From Puniceicoccaceae bacterium (lineage in GTDB: Bacteria > Verrucomicrobiota > Verrucomicrobiia > Opitutales > JAFGAQ01): a stretch of DNA of 64,000 nt. This document shows positions 30,933-39,384 of the stretch, in pieces. Each line of letters begins with the position of its first letter. The stretch's first letter is position 1. The notes under the pieces were generated by a model, which was not told the DNA's origin, made no database searches, and saw only the letters and a program-made list of their open reading frames with translations. The translations under genes were made by a program, and so were the position numbers. Where the stretch lies: the NCBI GenBank assembly GCA_040224245.1, contig JBEGIR010000026.1, positions 414-64,413 of the forward strand, written 5' to 3'.

Positions 30933-32324
30933 ATGAACGAAACCAAAGTAGTCGCCATCGTCGGTCGTCCCAATGTGGGGAAGAGTCGCCTGTTCAACCG
31001 ACTTTCCCATCGAAGGATCTCCATCGTACACGACCGCCCCGGGGTGACGCGTGATGTCGTAACCACCGACATGCCCGATGGTTATGTGCTCATGGATACG
31101 GGAGGCATCGGGTTGGAAGATAAAAACACACCGCAGGTGATCGCCGAGGCCATGGCCACTCAGGCGATGATTGCCGTGGAAACTGCGACGCTCATCCTTT
31201 TTGTCACTGATGGTCAAGAGGGTCTCACCCCGCTCGACATGGAAATTGCCCACCGTCTCCACAAGCATCATTCCAAGGTGTTGCTCGTGGTGAACAAGAT
31301 GGACAATCCCGAGAACACCCATGCCGCCTACGATTTTGCACGGCTTGGATTTGGCGAGCCTCATTCCGTTTCCGCCGAGCACAACCATGGTCTCAACGAG
31401 CTCGAACAGGAAGTGCTCGACCAGCTGGGGCCGCTTGTACCTTGGCAGGAATCTCACAACCCCAAGCTCACGTTCTCACTCGTTGGCAAACCCAATGCGG
31501 GGAAATCGTCGCTCGGGAACCGTCTGCTCAACTCCGACCGCTTCATTGTCGCCGATATCGCTGGTACGACGCGCGACATGATCGAAACCACGCTGCAGTA
31601 CACCGATCCCCAGGGCAATACCTGGGACCTGCACCTGTTTGACACGGCAGGCCTGCGGCCCAAGAAAAAGATGGACAGTTCAGTGGAGTATTTCTCGTCG
31701 GTGCGCACCCAGCGTTCGATCGAGCGCAGCGACATTGTACTGCATCTGGTGGACGCCAGGGAGGGTGTATCCAAGCAGGACAAAATCATCGCTGGCCAAA
31801 TCCTCGAAGCTGGCAAGGCCCTGATTGTTGTGGTCACCAAGTGGGATCTTGCCGTCAGCGCGGTGAGCGAGGGTGATATTGAAGGTTGGGAGAGTATTCG
31901 CGCGTTTCGCGAGGCCTATGAGGCCAACCTTCGCAAACAGTTTTTCTATCTTCCTGATTCCCCGGTGATCTTCACATCGTCCAACTCAGGTGAGGGAGTG
32001 GACCACCTGCTTAAGGCAATCCTCAAGGTGCACCGCACGCTCGACACGCGCATGACTACTCCCAAACTGAACAAGCTGCTTCAGGATCTGTTCGACCGGC
32101 GCAACCCTTCCAAGGTAACTGGCAAGCGCTTCAAAATCTTCTATGCGGTACAGACCCGCAACCGACCCTTTCGCATCAAGATGTTTTGCAACCGGGCTGA
32201 ACGCCTGCAGGACAGCTACCGGCGATACCTTGAGAAGAACCTCATCGACCACTTCAAACTTTCGGGTTGTCCGATTCAGTTTGAACTCATCGGCAAAGAA
32301 CAGCGTTACCGCGACGAGGAGTAA
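30933..32324 (+). CDS. der: Ribosome-associated GTPase Der/EngA (tandem GTPase domains + KH-like C-terminus)
   Basis: VAIVGRPNVGKSRLFN and LVGKPNAGKSSLGN are two G1 motifs, with DTGG/DTAG and NKMD/TKWD. The ATG at 30933 lies inside a longer track ORF (30585) whose N-terminus looks non-coding. Confidence 0.95.
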   Translation: MNETKVVAIVGRPNVGKSRLFNRLSHRRISIVHDRPGVTRDVVTTDMPDGYVLMDTGGIGLEDKNTPQVIAEAMATQAMIAVETATLILFVTDGQEGLTPLDMEIAHRLHKHHSKVLLVVNKMDNPENTHAAYDFARLGFGEPHSVSAEHNHGLNELEQEVLDQLGPLVPWQESHNPKLTFSLVGKPNAGKSSLGNRLLNSDRFIVADIAGTTRDMIETTLQYTDPQGNTWDLHLFDTAGLRPKKKMDSSVEYFSSVRTQRSIERSDIVLHLVDAREGVSKQDKIIAGQILEAGKALIVVVTKWDLAVSAVSEGDIEGWESIRAFREAYEANLRKQFFYLPDSPVIFTSSNSGEGVDHLLKAILKVHRTLDTRMTTPKLNKLLQDLFDRRNPSKVTGKRFKIFYAVQTRNRPFRIKMFCNRAERLQDSYRRYLEKNLIDHFKLSGCPIQFELIGKEQRYRDEE

Positions 32325-32411
32325 CCCATCCCTCCGCTCCGTCTGGTGCATGCTTACGCATCGCCATTTCCAAACTTGCGCAATCGCCCAGTTTCCATAC
32401 CATCCACACTC

Positions 32412-32942
32412 ATGAAATGTCCTCGAACCGGCACCGATCTCAAGACCATCACGATCAGTGGTATCACGGTCGACTTCTCAGAAGCATGCGGCGGAGTCTG
32501 GTTTGACAACTACGAATTGATCAAGTTCGACGAAGCACACGAACAGGGCGGAGCCGAATTGGTCGCGCTCATGGAACAGCATCGCAATGATGCGGTGGAT
32601 CTCAACGCGCGCCTGCACTGCCCCAAGTGCAAAACCATCGTCATGGCACGCCACTTCTACTCCCCACTTCGCGAGATTGAGATCGACCGCTGCCCGAACT
32701 GCGGCGGCGTGTGGCTCGATGCAGGTGAACTGGCAAAGATTCGCGAAAACTTTCCGTCGCAATGCGACCGAGAGCGTGCATCGCAGGCGCTCGTTGATGC
32801 CGCCTTTGCCGATCCGGCCTTCCAGGCGCAGCTCTCGGACAGCCAGGCCAAGGTCGATGCTGCTCGCAAGTTTGCCCATCTGTTCGCCTGGCTGTGCCCC
32901 TCACGTTATCTTCCGGGCAAGCAGGATGGTGCCGCCTTCTGA
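32412..32942 (+). CDS. Zinc-ribbon (TFIIB-type zf, GGVWLD family) domain protein
   Basis: MKCPRTG...ACGGVWFDNYEL and CPKC...CPNCGGVWLDAGEL form two tandem zinc-ribbon modules. The first lacks part of its Cys set. Confidence 0.7.
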   Translation: MKCPRTGTDLKTITISGITVDFSEACGGVWFDNYELIKFDEAHEQGGAELVALMEQHRNDAVDLNARLHCPKCKTIVMARHFYSPLREIEIDRCPNCGGVWLDAGELAKIRENFPSQCDRERASQALVDAAFADPAFQAQLSDSQAKVDAARKFAHLFAWLCPSRYLPGKQDGAAF

Positions 32943-33033
32943 CGACATCTCCGCTCGCTGGAATCCACCGCTGCAGTGGCACTGACAAGGAAAAGCAACC
33001 CGCAACGGTCGAGGATCGGGATGCAACTCCCGC

Positions 33034-33546
33034 TTGCCAACGCTGACATCCGTCCTTCATAAAGGCGTCATGCTAAACGCTCGCCGTAAACCCATCCATC
33101 TCATTGTCGCCTGCTCCGAAAACCGCGTCATCGGAAAAAACGGCACACTTCCATGGCGCATCCGGGAAGACCTTCGATACCTCTACGACTGCGTCAGCGG
33201 TGGAATCGTGATTGAAGGCCGACGTGTGTGGGATGAACTCCAAAAACCCTTCCCCGGCACTCATACCATCGTGCTAACCCGTAATCCCGAACTGCAGTTT
33301 GAGGGCGCAACCAAGGCAGGCAGTCTGCAGCAGGCACTCGAGCAGGCTCAGGCAATCGAGGGATATGACACCATCTGGATTGGTGGTGGGCAGCCCGTCT
33401 ACGAAGAAGCCCTGCACCTGGCAGATCGCCTCTATCTCACGCTCGTGCACACCGAAGTTTCCGACGGCGATACCTTTTTCCCCGAGTGGAGGGAAACCTT
33501 CACCGAAGTTGTATCCGAGCGCCGTTCGCGCAACAAGTCCCTCTAA
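33034..33546 (+). CDS. folA: Dihydrofolate reductase
   Basis: IHLIVACSENRVIGKNGTLPWRIREDLRYL...IWIGGGQPVYEEAL...LYLTLVH. The true start is possibly the ATG at 33070. Confidence 0.85.
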   Translation: MPTLTSVLHKGVMLNARRKPIHLIVACSENRVIGKNGTLPWRIREDLRYLYDCVSGGIVIEGRRVWDELQKPFPGTHTIVLTRNPELQFEGATKAGSLQQALEQAQAIEGYDTIWIGGGQPVYEEALHLADRLYLTLVHTEVSDGDTFFPEWRETFTEVVSERRSRNKSL

Positions 33547-33592
33547 TACACCTTCTACGTCCTGAAACGACCCGATGATGCGCCGACGACTT

Positions 33593-35545
33593 CTACAAGC
33601 CCAGCTCTGCGATGATCAAGTCCGCACAGGCTGTGGGAGTCATGCCGTGGGTGTTCACTTTCAACTCGGGCTGCTCCGGCACTTCATAGGGGGCAGTCAC
33701 TCCGGTGAATTGCTTCACCTCACCTGCTCGGGCTTTGGCATAGAGTCCCTTCACATCGCGTGCCTCGCAGACCTCAAGCGGAGTATCCACAAAGATCTCG
33801 TGGAAGCGCTTGCGCTTCGCATCCGCAGTCGCGCGGTCCACAATGCCACGGGCAGTGTCCCGGTCCTCCTGGTAGGGTGAGATAAATGCAGTGATCACAA
33901 TCAGGCCTGCGTCATTCATCAGCGCAGCAACCTCCGCGATGCGTCGAATGTTCTCCTTGCGATCCTCAGGGCGGAAGCCGAGGTCCGAATTGAGTCCGTG
34001 ACGGATGTTGTCCCCATCGAGGATGTAGGCCTTTTTCCCCATCGCCACCAACTTGGCCTCCAGATGCTGGGCGATCGTGGACTTCCCGGAACCCGACAGT
34101 CCCGTCAGCCAAATCGTAGCGGGTGCATGCCCCATCAGATCCTGGCGATCCGACGTGCTGACCATGCCCTTTTCCCAGTTGAGGTTGTGCTTGCCCGTCA
34201 CTTTCTTCTGCGGAGCAGCACGCTGCTCGGTGATCATGCCAGCCGCAACCGTCGCGTTGCTGAGCGGGTCAATCAGCACGAAGGAACCCGTCTTGTCATT
34301 GCGACTGTAGCTGTCGAAGCAGAAACTGCGGTGTGCGGTAAATCCGACGCGTCCGATTTCATTCATCTCCAGCGCATCCCCATCAAGTCGGCTCAGGCTA
34401 TTGATATCAAACTTGTAGCGCACCCCGTCCAGCGTGACTGGCAAGGTCTGCGTGGTACTCTTGAGCAGGTAGTTTCGTCCCGCCTGCAACTTCTTTTCGT
34501 GCATCCACACAACTTGAGCGTCAAATCCACTCTCAATGGTCGGACGGTTGTTCGGGTGACTGAGAATCGACCCACGGGAAATGTCCACCTCATCGGTCGT
34601 GGTCAGCGTCACCGCCATCGGCGCAAACGCCTCCTTCAACTCGCCATCATAGGTCACGATGCTCTTGATCCGTGTCTCCTTGCCCGATGGATTTACAACC
34701 ACCTTGTCCCCCACACGCACCACTCCAGATGCAATGGTTCCACAAAATCCGCGAAAGTTCAGGTTCGGGCGCAGCACATACTGCACAGGAAAACGAAAAT
34801 CGATCAGGTTGCGGTCGGCTGTGATTTCCACCGATTCCAGATGACTGAGCAGTGGGCGACCCTCAAACCACGGCATGTTCGTGCTGCGCTCGACCACGTT
34901 GTCCCCCTTGAGCGCGGACATCGGGATGAAGTGCAGGTCGATGGACTCAAACTTTGCCGCAAACCCGAGATAATCCTTGCGGATTTTTTCAAACACGGCC
35001 TCATCAAAACCCACCGCATCCATCTTGTTCACCGCCACCACCAAGTGCTTGATGCCCAGAAGGCTTGCAATAAAGCTGTGACGCTTGGTCTGCGGCATCA
35101 CCCCGTGGCGCGCATCAATCAGCACAATCGCCAGGTCGCAGTGACTCGCACCCGTGGCCATATTGCGCGTATACTGCTCGTGACCGGGCGCATCACAGAT
35201 GATGAAACTGCGCTTCTCAGTCGAAAAATAGCGATAGGCCACATCAATGGTGATGCCCTGCTCCCGCTCCGCCTTCAACCCATCAGTCAGCAGCGCTGGG
35301 TCAAAGTCATCACCCGTGGTACCGTGCACCTTGGAGTCCTTCAGCACCGCCGCCAGCTGGTCCTCATAGATCATCTGCGAATCGTAGAGCAGTCGTCCAA
35401 TCAGCGTGCTCTTACCGTCATCGACGCTGCCGCAGGTCAAAAACCGCAGCATGTCCTTCTCCTCATGGCGCTTGAGGTAGGCACTGATGTCGCTGCGAAT
35501 GAGGTCTTGTTCGCGGATTTTATAGTTTCGATTTTCCGATGTCAT
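33593..35545 (-). CDS. cysNC: Bifunctional sulfate adenylyltransferase subunit 1 / adenylylsulfate kinase (CysN-CysC fusion)
   Basis: GTPase motifs (GSVDDGKST, DAPGH, NKMD), followed by the APS-kinase P-loop LTGLSGSGKSTIA and DGDNIRHGL. Confidence 0.95.
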   Translation of the reverse strand: MTSENRNYKIREQDLIRSDISAYLKRHEEKDMLRFLTCGSVDDGKSTLIGRLLYDSQMIYEDQLAAVLKDSKVHGTTGDDFDPALLTDGLKAEREQGITIDVAYRYFSTEKRSFIICDAPGHEQYTRNMATGASHCDLAIVLIDARHGVMPQTKRHSFIASLLGIKHLVVAVNKMDAVGFDEAVFEKIRKDYLGFAAKFESIDLHFIPMSALKGDNVVERSTNMPWFEGRPLLSHLESVEITADRNLIDFRFPVQYVLRPNLNFRGFCGTIASGVVRVGDKVVVNPSGKETRIKSIVTYDGELKEAFAPMAVTLTTTDEVDISRGSILSHPNNRPTIESGFDAQVVWMHEKKLQAGRNYLLKSTTQTLPVTLDGVRYKFDINSLSRLDGDALEMNEIGRVGFTAHRSFCFDSYSRNDKTGSFVLIDPLSNATVAAGMITEQRAAPQKKVTGKHNLNWEKGMVSTSDRQDLMGHAPATIWLTGLSGSGKSTIAQHLEAKLVAMGKKAYILDGDNIRHGLNSDLGFRPEDRKENIRRIAEVAALMNDAGLIVITAFISPYQEDRDTARGIVDRATADAKRKRFHEIFVDTPLEVCEARDVKGLYAKARAGEVKQFTGVTAPYEVPEQPELKVNTHGMTPTACADLIIAELGL

Positions 35546-35552
35546 CGTAAAA

Positions 35553-35584
35553 TAGGAGTTAGAAGTTAGGAGTCAGAAGTTAGC
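35553..35584 (-). repeat. Distal arm of the long-range inverted repeat bracketing the four-helix-bundle ORF
   Basis: Its reverse complement pairs with 35942-35973 at 24 of 32 positions, including 12 contiguous pairs (AGGAGUCAGGAG/CUUCUGACUCCU). It overlaps the ORF's last codons and stop. Confidence 0.7.
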
Positions 35585-35941
35585 TTTTTCCATCAAAACT
35601 GAATTCCTGTAGGCATTGAGAATGCGTCCAACTTCGTTTGCTTGTTCTTTCACTTCTCGGGTATCTCCATAACCGAGATCATTGATTAATATAAGATAAT
35701 ATTTCACCTCTTCGAGGGAAGCTTGGGCAATATTCAAGTATCTTGCCTTGTCAGCAACAGACTCTTTTGCAAAGCCTTCGGCAATGTTGGCAGGAATCGA
35801 AACTGCAGCGCGCCGAAACTGAGAAGTCAGACCGAAATCTTCATTTCTCGGAAAAGAAGCACTGATCTTGTAGCTCGCCAAAACCAAAGCATGCGACTTC
35901 TGCCACAGGACCAAGTCCTCGAACTTCTTAGCCTTTTCCAT
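35573..35941 (-). CDS. Four-helix-bundle protein (23S rRNA intervening-sequence protein / Avd-like family)
   Basis: 122 aa. LWQKSHALVLASYKISASFP...QFRRAAVSIPANIAEGF...YLNIAQASLEEVKYYL matches the family signature. Markedly lower G+C than the flanking cys genes. Confidence 0.85.
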   Translation of the reverse strand: MEKAKKFEDLVLWQKSHALVLASYKISASFPRNEDFGLTSQFRRAAVSIPANIAEGFAKESVADKARYLNIAQASLEEVKYYLILINDLGYGDTREVKEQANEVGRILNAYRNSVLMEKANF

Positions 35942-35973
35942 GCTTTCTCCTGACTCCTGGCTTCTTGCTTCTG
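35942..35973 (-). repeat. Proximal arm of the long-range inverted repeat bracketing the four-helix-bundle ORF
   Basis: It abuts the ORF start codon (35941) and is complementary to 35553-35584. A separate local hairpin, TCTGAACC-tt-GGTTCAGA, lies at 35974-35991. Confidence 0.7.
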
Positions 35974-35992
35974 TCTGAACCTTGGTTCAGAT

Positions 35993-36913
35993 CTAGAAAT
36001 ACCCATCCCGCTTCTTGTCCTCCATCGAGGCGGCGCCGTCGTAATCGATCACGCGTCCCTGGCGCTCAGAGGTGGTCGTGAGCAACATCTCCTGCACAAT
36101 GTCTTCGAGCGTTTCCGCCTCGGACTCCACCGCACCCGTCAGCGGGTAGCACCCCAGGGTGCGGAAGCGCACCTTTTTCATCACAGGCTGTTCGCCCGGT
36201 TCCAGGCGCATGCGCTCATCGTCCACCATGATCATCACACCGTTGCGCATGACCACTGGTCTCTCCTTCGCAAAATACAATGGCACAATTGGAATCTTCT
36301 CGATCTGGATGTAACGCCAGATGTCCAGCTCCGTCCAGTCTGACATGGGAAATACCCGGATCGACTCACCTTTGTTGATCTTGGTGTTGTAAAGGTCCCA
36401 GAGTTCCGGACGCTGATTCTTCGGATCCCACTGGTGAAACTGGTTGCGAAAGCTGAAGACACGCTCCTTTGCTCTGGATTTTTCCTCATCGCGCCGGGCC
36501 CCACCAAATGCCGCATCAAAGCCGTGCTTGTTGAGCGCTTGCTTCAGCCCTTCGGTCTTCATGATTTGCGTATGCTTCTCCGATCCATGGTCGAACGGGT
36601 TGATCCCCGCTTCCACGCCTTCCGGATTCTGGTGCACCAGCAAATCAAACCCCACATCGTTTGCCATCTGCTCCCGAAACGCATACATTTCCCGAAACTT
36701 CCACCCCGTATCCACATGCAGCAGCGGGAATGGAATCTTGCCGGGATGAAAGGCCTTGCGCGCCAGATGAAGCAGAACCGAGGAGTCCTTTCCGATGCTG
36801 TAAAGCATCACCGGATTCGAAAACTCCGCAGCCACTTCACGCATGATGTGAATGCTCTCAGCCTCCAGTTGACGTAAATGAGTGATCGTATAGTCGGGCA
36901 TAGCTGAATTCAT
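35993..36913 (-). CDS. cysD: Sulfate adenylyltransferase subunit 2
   Basis: [42 protein letters not shown]-like and GYF at the C-terminus. Full-length CysD. Confidence 0.95.
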   Translation of the reverse strand: MNSAMPDYTITHLRQLEAESIHIMREVAAEFSNPVMLYSIGKDSSVLLHLARKAFHPGKIPFPLLHVDTGWKFREMYAFREQMANDVGFDLLVHQNPEGVEAGINPFDHGSEKHTQIMKTEGLKQALNKHGFDAAFGGARRDEEKSRAKERVFSFRNQFHQWDPKNQRPELWDLYNTKINKGESIRVFPMSDWTELDIWRYIQIEKIPIVPLYFAKERPVVMRNGVMIMVDDERMRLEPGEQPVMKKVRFRTLGCYPLTGAVESEAETLEDIVQEMLLTTTSERQGRVIDYDGAASMEDKKRDGYF

Positions 36914-36999
36914 ACGAATGCGAGTTTCGCTGGAAGTTCAAAGCAAAAGTGCCCCAAAGCGTCGCTTTCTGCGAATTTCGCACGCTTTCGAGCACTGTT

Positions 37000-37034
37000 T
37001 TAAAAAAAAGAACGGTTTCCACCGAAACCGTTCT
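37000..37034 (-). terminator. Rho-independent terminator downstream of the signal-peptidase gene
   Basis: AGAACGGTTTC-cacc-GAAACCGTTCT is a perfect 11-bp stem (37009-37034), followed on the minus strand by a run of eight T. Confidence 0.75.
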
Positions 37035-37144
37035 CCTCATTCGATTGAAGCGTTGCCGGACAATCTGACGGCATTCAAACCCACTCCGTCAGGCGGGGCT
37101 TCTTCAACGAACTTGCATACTGCTGGCTATCATCATCTGGAGCC

Positions 37145-37543
37145 TTAGGAAAGGGAACGTCCCCCAATGTGGGTGACCTTGCCCAAAAGATTTTGATCTG
37201 AAATGAACCCACGATCCCGAAAGCGGTTGTTGTCCCCTTTCGACTTTGCCCGACCGTCCTCAATCTCAACGATGCGGTGGCACACGCGCTCCCCCGTTTG
37301 CGTATCCACAAAGACCACGATGTCCCCTGGTTTCAGATTCGAAAACTGGGTTTTGCGATACACAACATAGTCACCGCTTTTGATCGTCGGATACATCGAA
37401 AATCCATGCAACTGCGACCGCACTACCGCTGGCTCAGATGCCGACAACGCAGAGGCTTGACTCGAAATCGGCGCAATAGCGTTAACGCAAAGAAGCATAA
37501 ATACATAGCGAAACAAATTCTTCATGGCGACAAACTTAAACAA
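37145..37543 (-). CDS. Signal peptidase I, ER/archaeal (SipW-like, S26B) type
   Basis: N-terminal TM, GFSMYPTIKSGD (catalytic Ser box), GDIVVF, and CHRIVEI (His where bacterial P-type enzymes have Lys). Also carries the KGDNN box and GKV. Confidence 0.65.
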   Translation of the reverse strand: MFKFVAMKNLFRYVFMLLCVNAIAPISSQASALSASEPAVVRSQLHGFSMYPTIKSGDYVVYRKTQFSNLKPGDIVVFVDTQTGERVCHRIVEIEDGRAKSKGDNNRFRDRGFISDQNLLGKVTHIGGRSLS

Positions 37544-38029
37544 GGACTAAAGATTGAAATTCAAAAATCGACCACCCGCTAATTTCTCATCCTCATAGAC
37601 TTATGAATCAGAAAACTGGAATGACTTGATCTATATTTCGAACTTAAACCCAATTCTTTAAGTCATTTTTTGCGTCACCCACTTCTTTAAAAGATTTTTT
37701 ATTTACAAAACGTAAAAGCCTTCATTCCCCTAAATGTAAAATTTTATTTATATTATAAATTTATTATAAAATTCATCTTTTCATTGGTAAACTTCTCTTC
37801 AATTCACTCCTCAATTCAAAAGTTTTTGTAAATTCGTCCCCTTCTCACTCAAGCGCGATCCAATGACACAGGCACCACCTCAAACTGGATACCTGAAACA
37901 TCCCTTCGCAATCGCTTTTCACAAGCGGAAACGATCTACAAATCCCTCGACGGGTTTTGGCGGAGCCGAGGGTTTCTAGCTGATGCAAACTGGGCTTTCC
38001 TTAAAGGAAAACGATGCGAGACTCGTCAT

Positions 38030-38396
38030 ATGATTACTCAACTGAGTGCAGATGAAACTTCTCCGACTGAAAAGCCCTTACTGATCCTGAGAATTCTCCG
38101 AAACGGGGTCAAAGATCTCTTTTTTGGATACGGGGAAAGCCTTTGGAGAATTTTCTTCACTTACGTCTTCGTTGCGTTCGTATTCACGATCCTCTTTCGA
38201 TACTTCATGAACGAACTGACATTCCTCAGGACGCTCCGTGAAAGTATCTTCAACATGATCGGTCAAGGTTCAGATGATTTTAAGTCCATCAAAGAACCCC
38301 TGCTCTTCGACATGCTGAAATGCTGCAATCAACAATCGGAGTTCTCCTGACCGCGATTTTTGGTTTCGTATTGGCCAACCGAATCCGAAATCAGTG
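38030..38396 (+). pseudogene. Small membrane protein gene disrupted by an 8-bp tandem duplication (remnant of a larger membrane-anchored protein)
   Basis: The ORF stops at 38350. The tandem pair ATGCTGAA (38312-38319) / ATGCTGCA (38320-38327) shifts the frame. Deleting one copy restores ...LLFDMLQSTIGVLLTAIFGFVLANRIRNQ*, which ends at 38396 and adds a terminal TM helix. Confidence 0.45.
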
Positions 38397-38427
38397 ACTT
38401 CCTTTGCCAGCAAGCTACACTCTGTAA

Positions 38428-38850
38428 CTACGATTTCGAGTCGAGGAAGCGCTGAATTGCCTCAACGGTTTCCTCGCTGAGGTGGTGTTCGATGCCCTCG
38501 GTATCGGCTGCAGCAGTCTTTTCGGAGACACCGAGGGAGCGCAGGAACTCCATCACGAGATTATGACGGCGATAGGCCTTGACCGCAATTTCCCTACCCG
38601 TATCGGTGAGGGTGACCGAACCCTGTTGTTTGACGAGCAGCTCGGCTTCCTCCAGACGTGCAAGCGTGCGGATGACCGTGACGTGGGACACCCCAAATAC
38701 GCCTTGAATATCCGTGACGCGTGTGCCCTTTCCCTCCTCCTTCAAACGATAGATGGCCTCCACGTAATCCTGGGTAATCTCCGACTGGTGCTGTCGGCGA
38801 ACGCGCTTGTGATTGCGGGCCGTTTGTTTGCCTAAATGAAGGGATTCCAT
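38428..38850 (-). CDS. DtxR/MntR-family metal-dependent transcriptional repressor
   Basis: Winged HTH (TQDYVEAIYRL..VRVTDIQGVFGVSHVTVIRTLARLEE) and a metal-binding/dimerisation helix region (RRHNLVMEFL...EGIEHHLS). At 140 aa it has no SH3-like domain. Confidence 0.85.
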   Translation of the reverse strand: MESLHLGKQTARNHKRVRRQHQSEITQDYVEAIYRLKEEGKGTRVTDIQGVFGVSHVTVIRTLARLEEAELLVKQQGSVTLTDTGREIAVKAYRRHNLVMEFLRSLGVSEKTAAADTEGIEHHLSEETVEAIQRFLDSKS

Positions 38851-39035
38851 GGGTGCGTTCGAAAAACCGGGATTTTCACCCAGAATCGCAAAAGGGTCAA
38901 GAGTTCTAGGCGCGAGCCGATTTGACAGCGTTGACGCAGCAAGGGCGAGCCGCGCACTCCTCCAGTGCGGAACTGTTTGCTCTGTTTTTGTCCAGTCCCG
39001 GAAAAATGTTCAAAATGCAATTGACAGATGCAAAA

Positions 39036-39077
39036 TGTAGCCTAGGCTACAGGTATCAAATGTAGCTTTGTCTACAT
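39036..39077. promoter_or_regulatory. Two palindromic operator-like sites between the DtxR-family gene and feoA
   Basis: TGTAGCCTAGGCTACA (39036-39051) is a perfect 16-bp palindrome. ATGTAG-ctttgt-CTACAT lies at 39060-39077. A TTGACA -35-like hexamer sits at 39021-39026, just upstream. Confidence 0.55.
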
Positions 39078-39093
39078 ATTTTGATCGAATACC

Positions 39094-39384
39094 ATGAAAA
39101 ACTTTTTCCAAATTTCAGATTCAATCCACCCGGAACCCGGATGCAAACTGATGGGGTCGCTGGAGGGTCTGGACAGGGGCCGATCCGCAACCATCGATGG
39201 CATCGATGCGCATTGCACGGGCCTTGCGCGCCGTCGCCTGCTGGACCTTGGGTTTGTGCCAGGCACCCGCGTAACCAAGTTAGGAGAAGGCCTCTTCAAC
39301 GGACCGAGCCGCTTCCAGATCCGCGGCAACGTCATTGCCCTGCGCCGTGAGCAGGCCGCGCACATCCTGGCCCAACACGATTGA
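39094..39384 (+). CDS. feoA: Ferrous iron transport protein A
   Basis: Small SH3-like FeoA pattern (LDLGFVPGTRVTKL...IRGNVIALRREQAAHI). 4-bp overlap with feoB. Confidence 0.85.
   Translation: MKNFFQISDSIHPEPGCKLMGSLEGLDRGRSATIDGIDAHCTGLARRRLLDLGFVPGTRVTKLGEGLFNGPSRFQIRGNVIALRREQAAHILAQHD

Noticed and set aside
35573-35941. Four-helix-bundle (Avd-like) gene as part of a diversity-generating retroelement.
   Set aside because: There is no reverse transcriptase and no template/variable repeat pair anywhere in the window. I interpret it as an IVS-type cassette instead.
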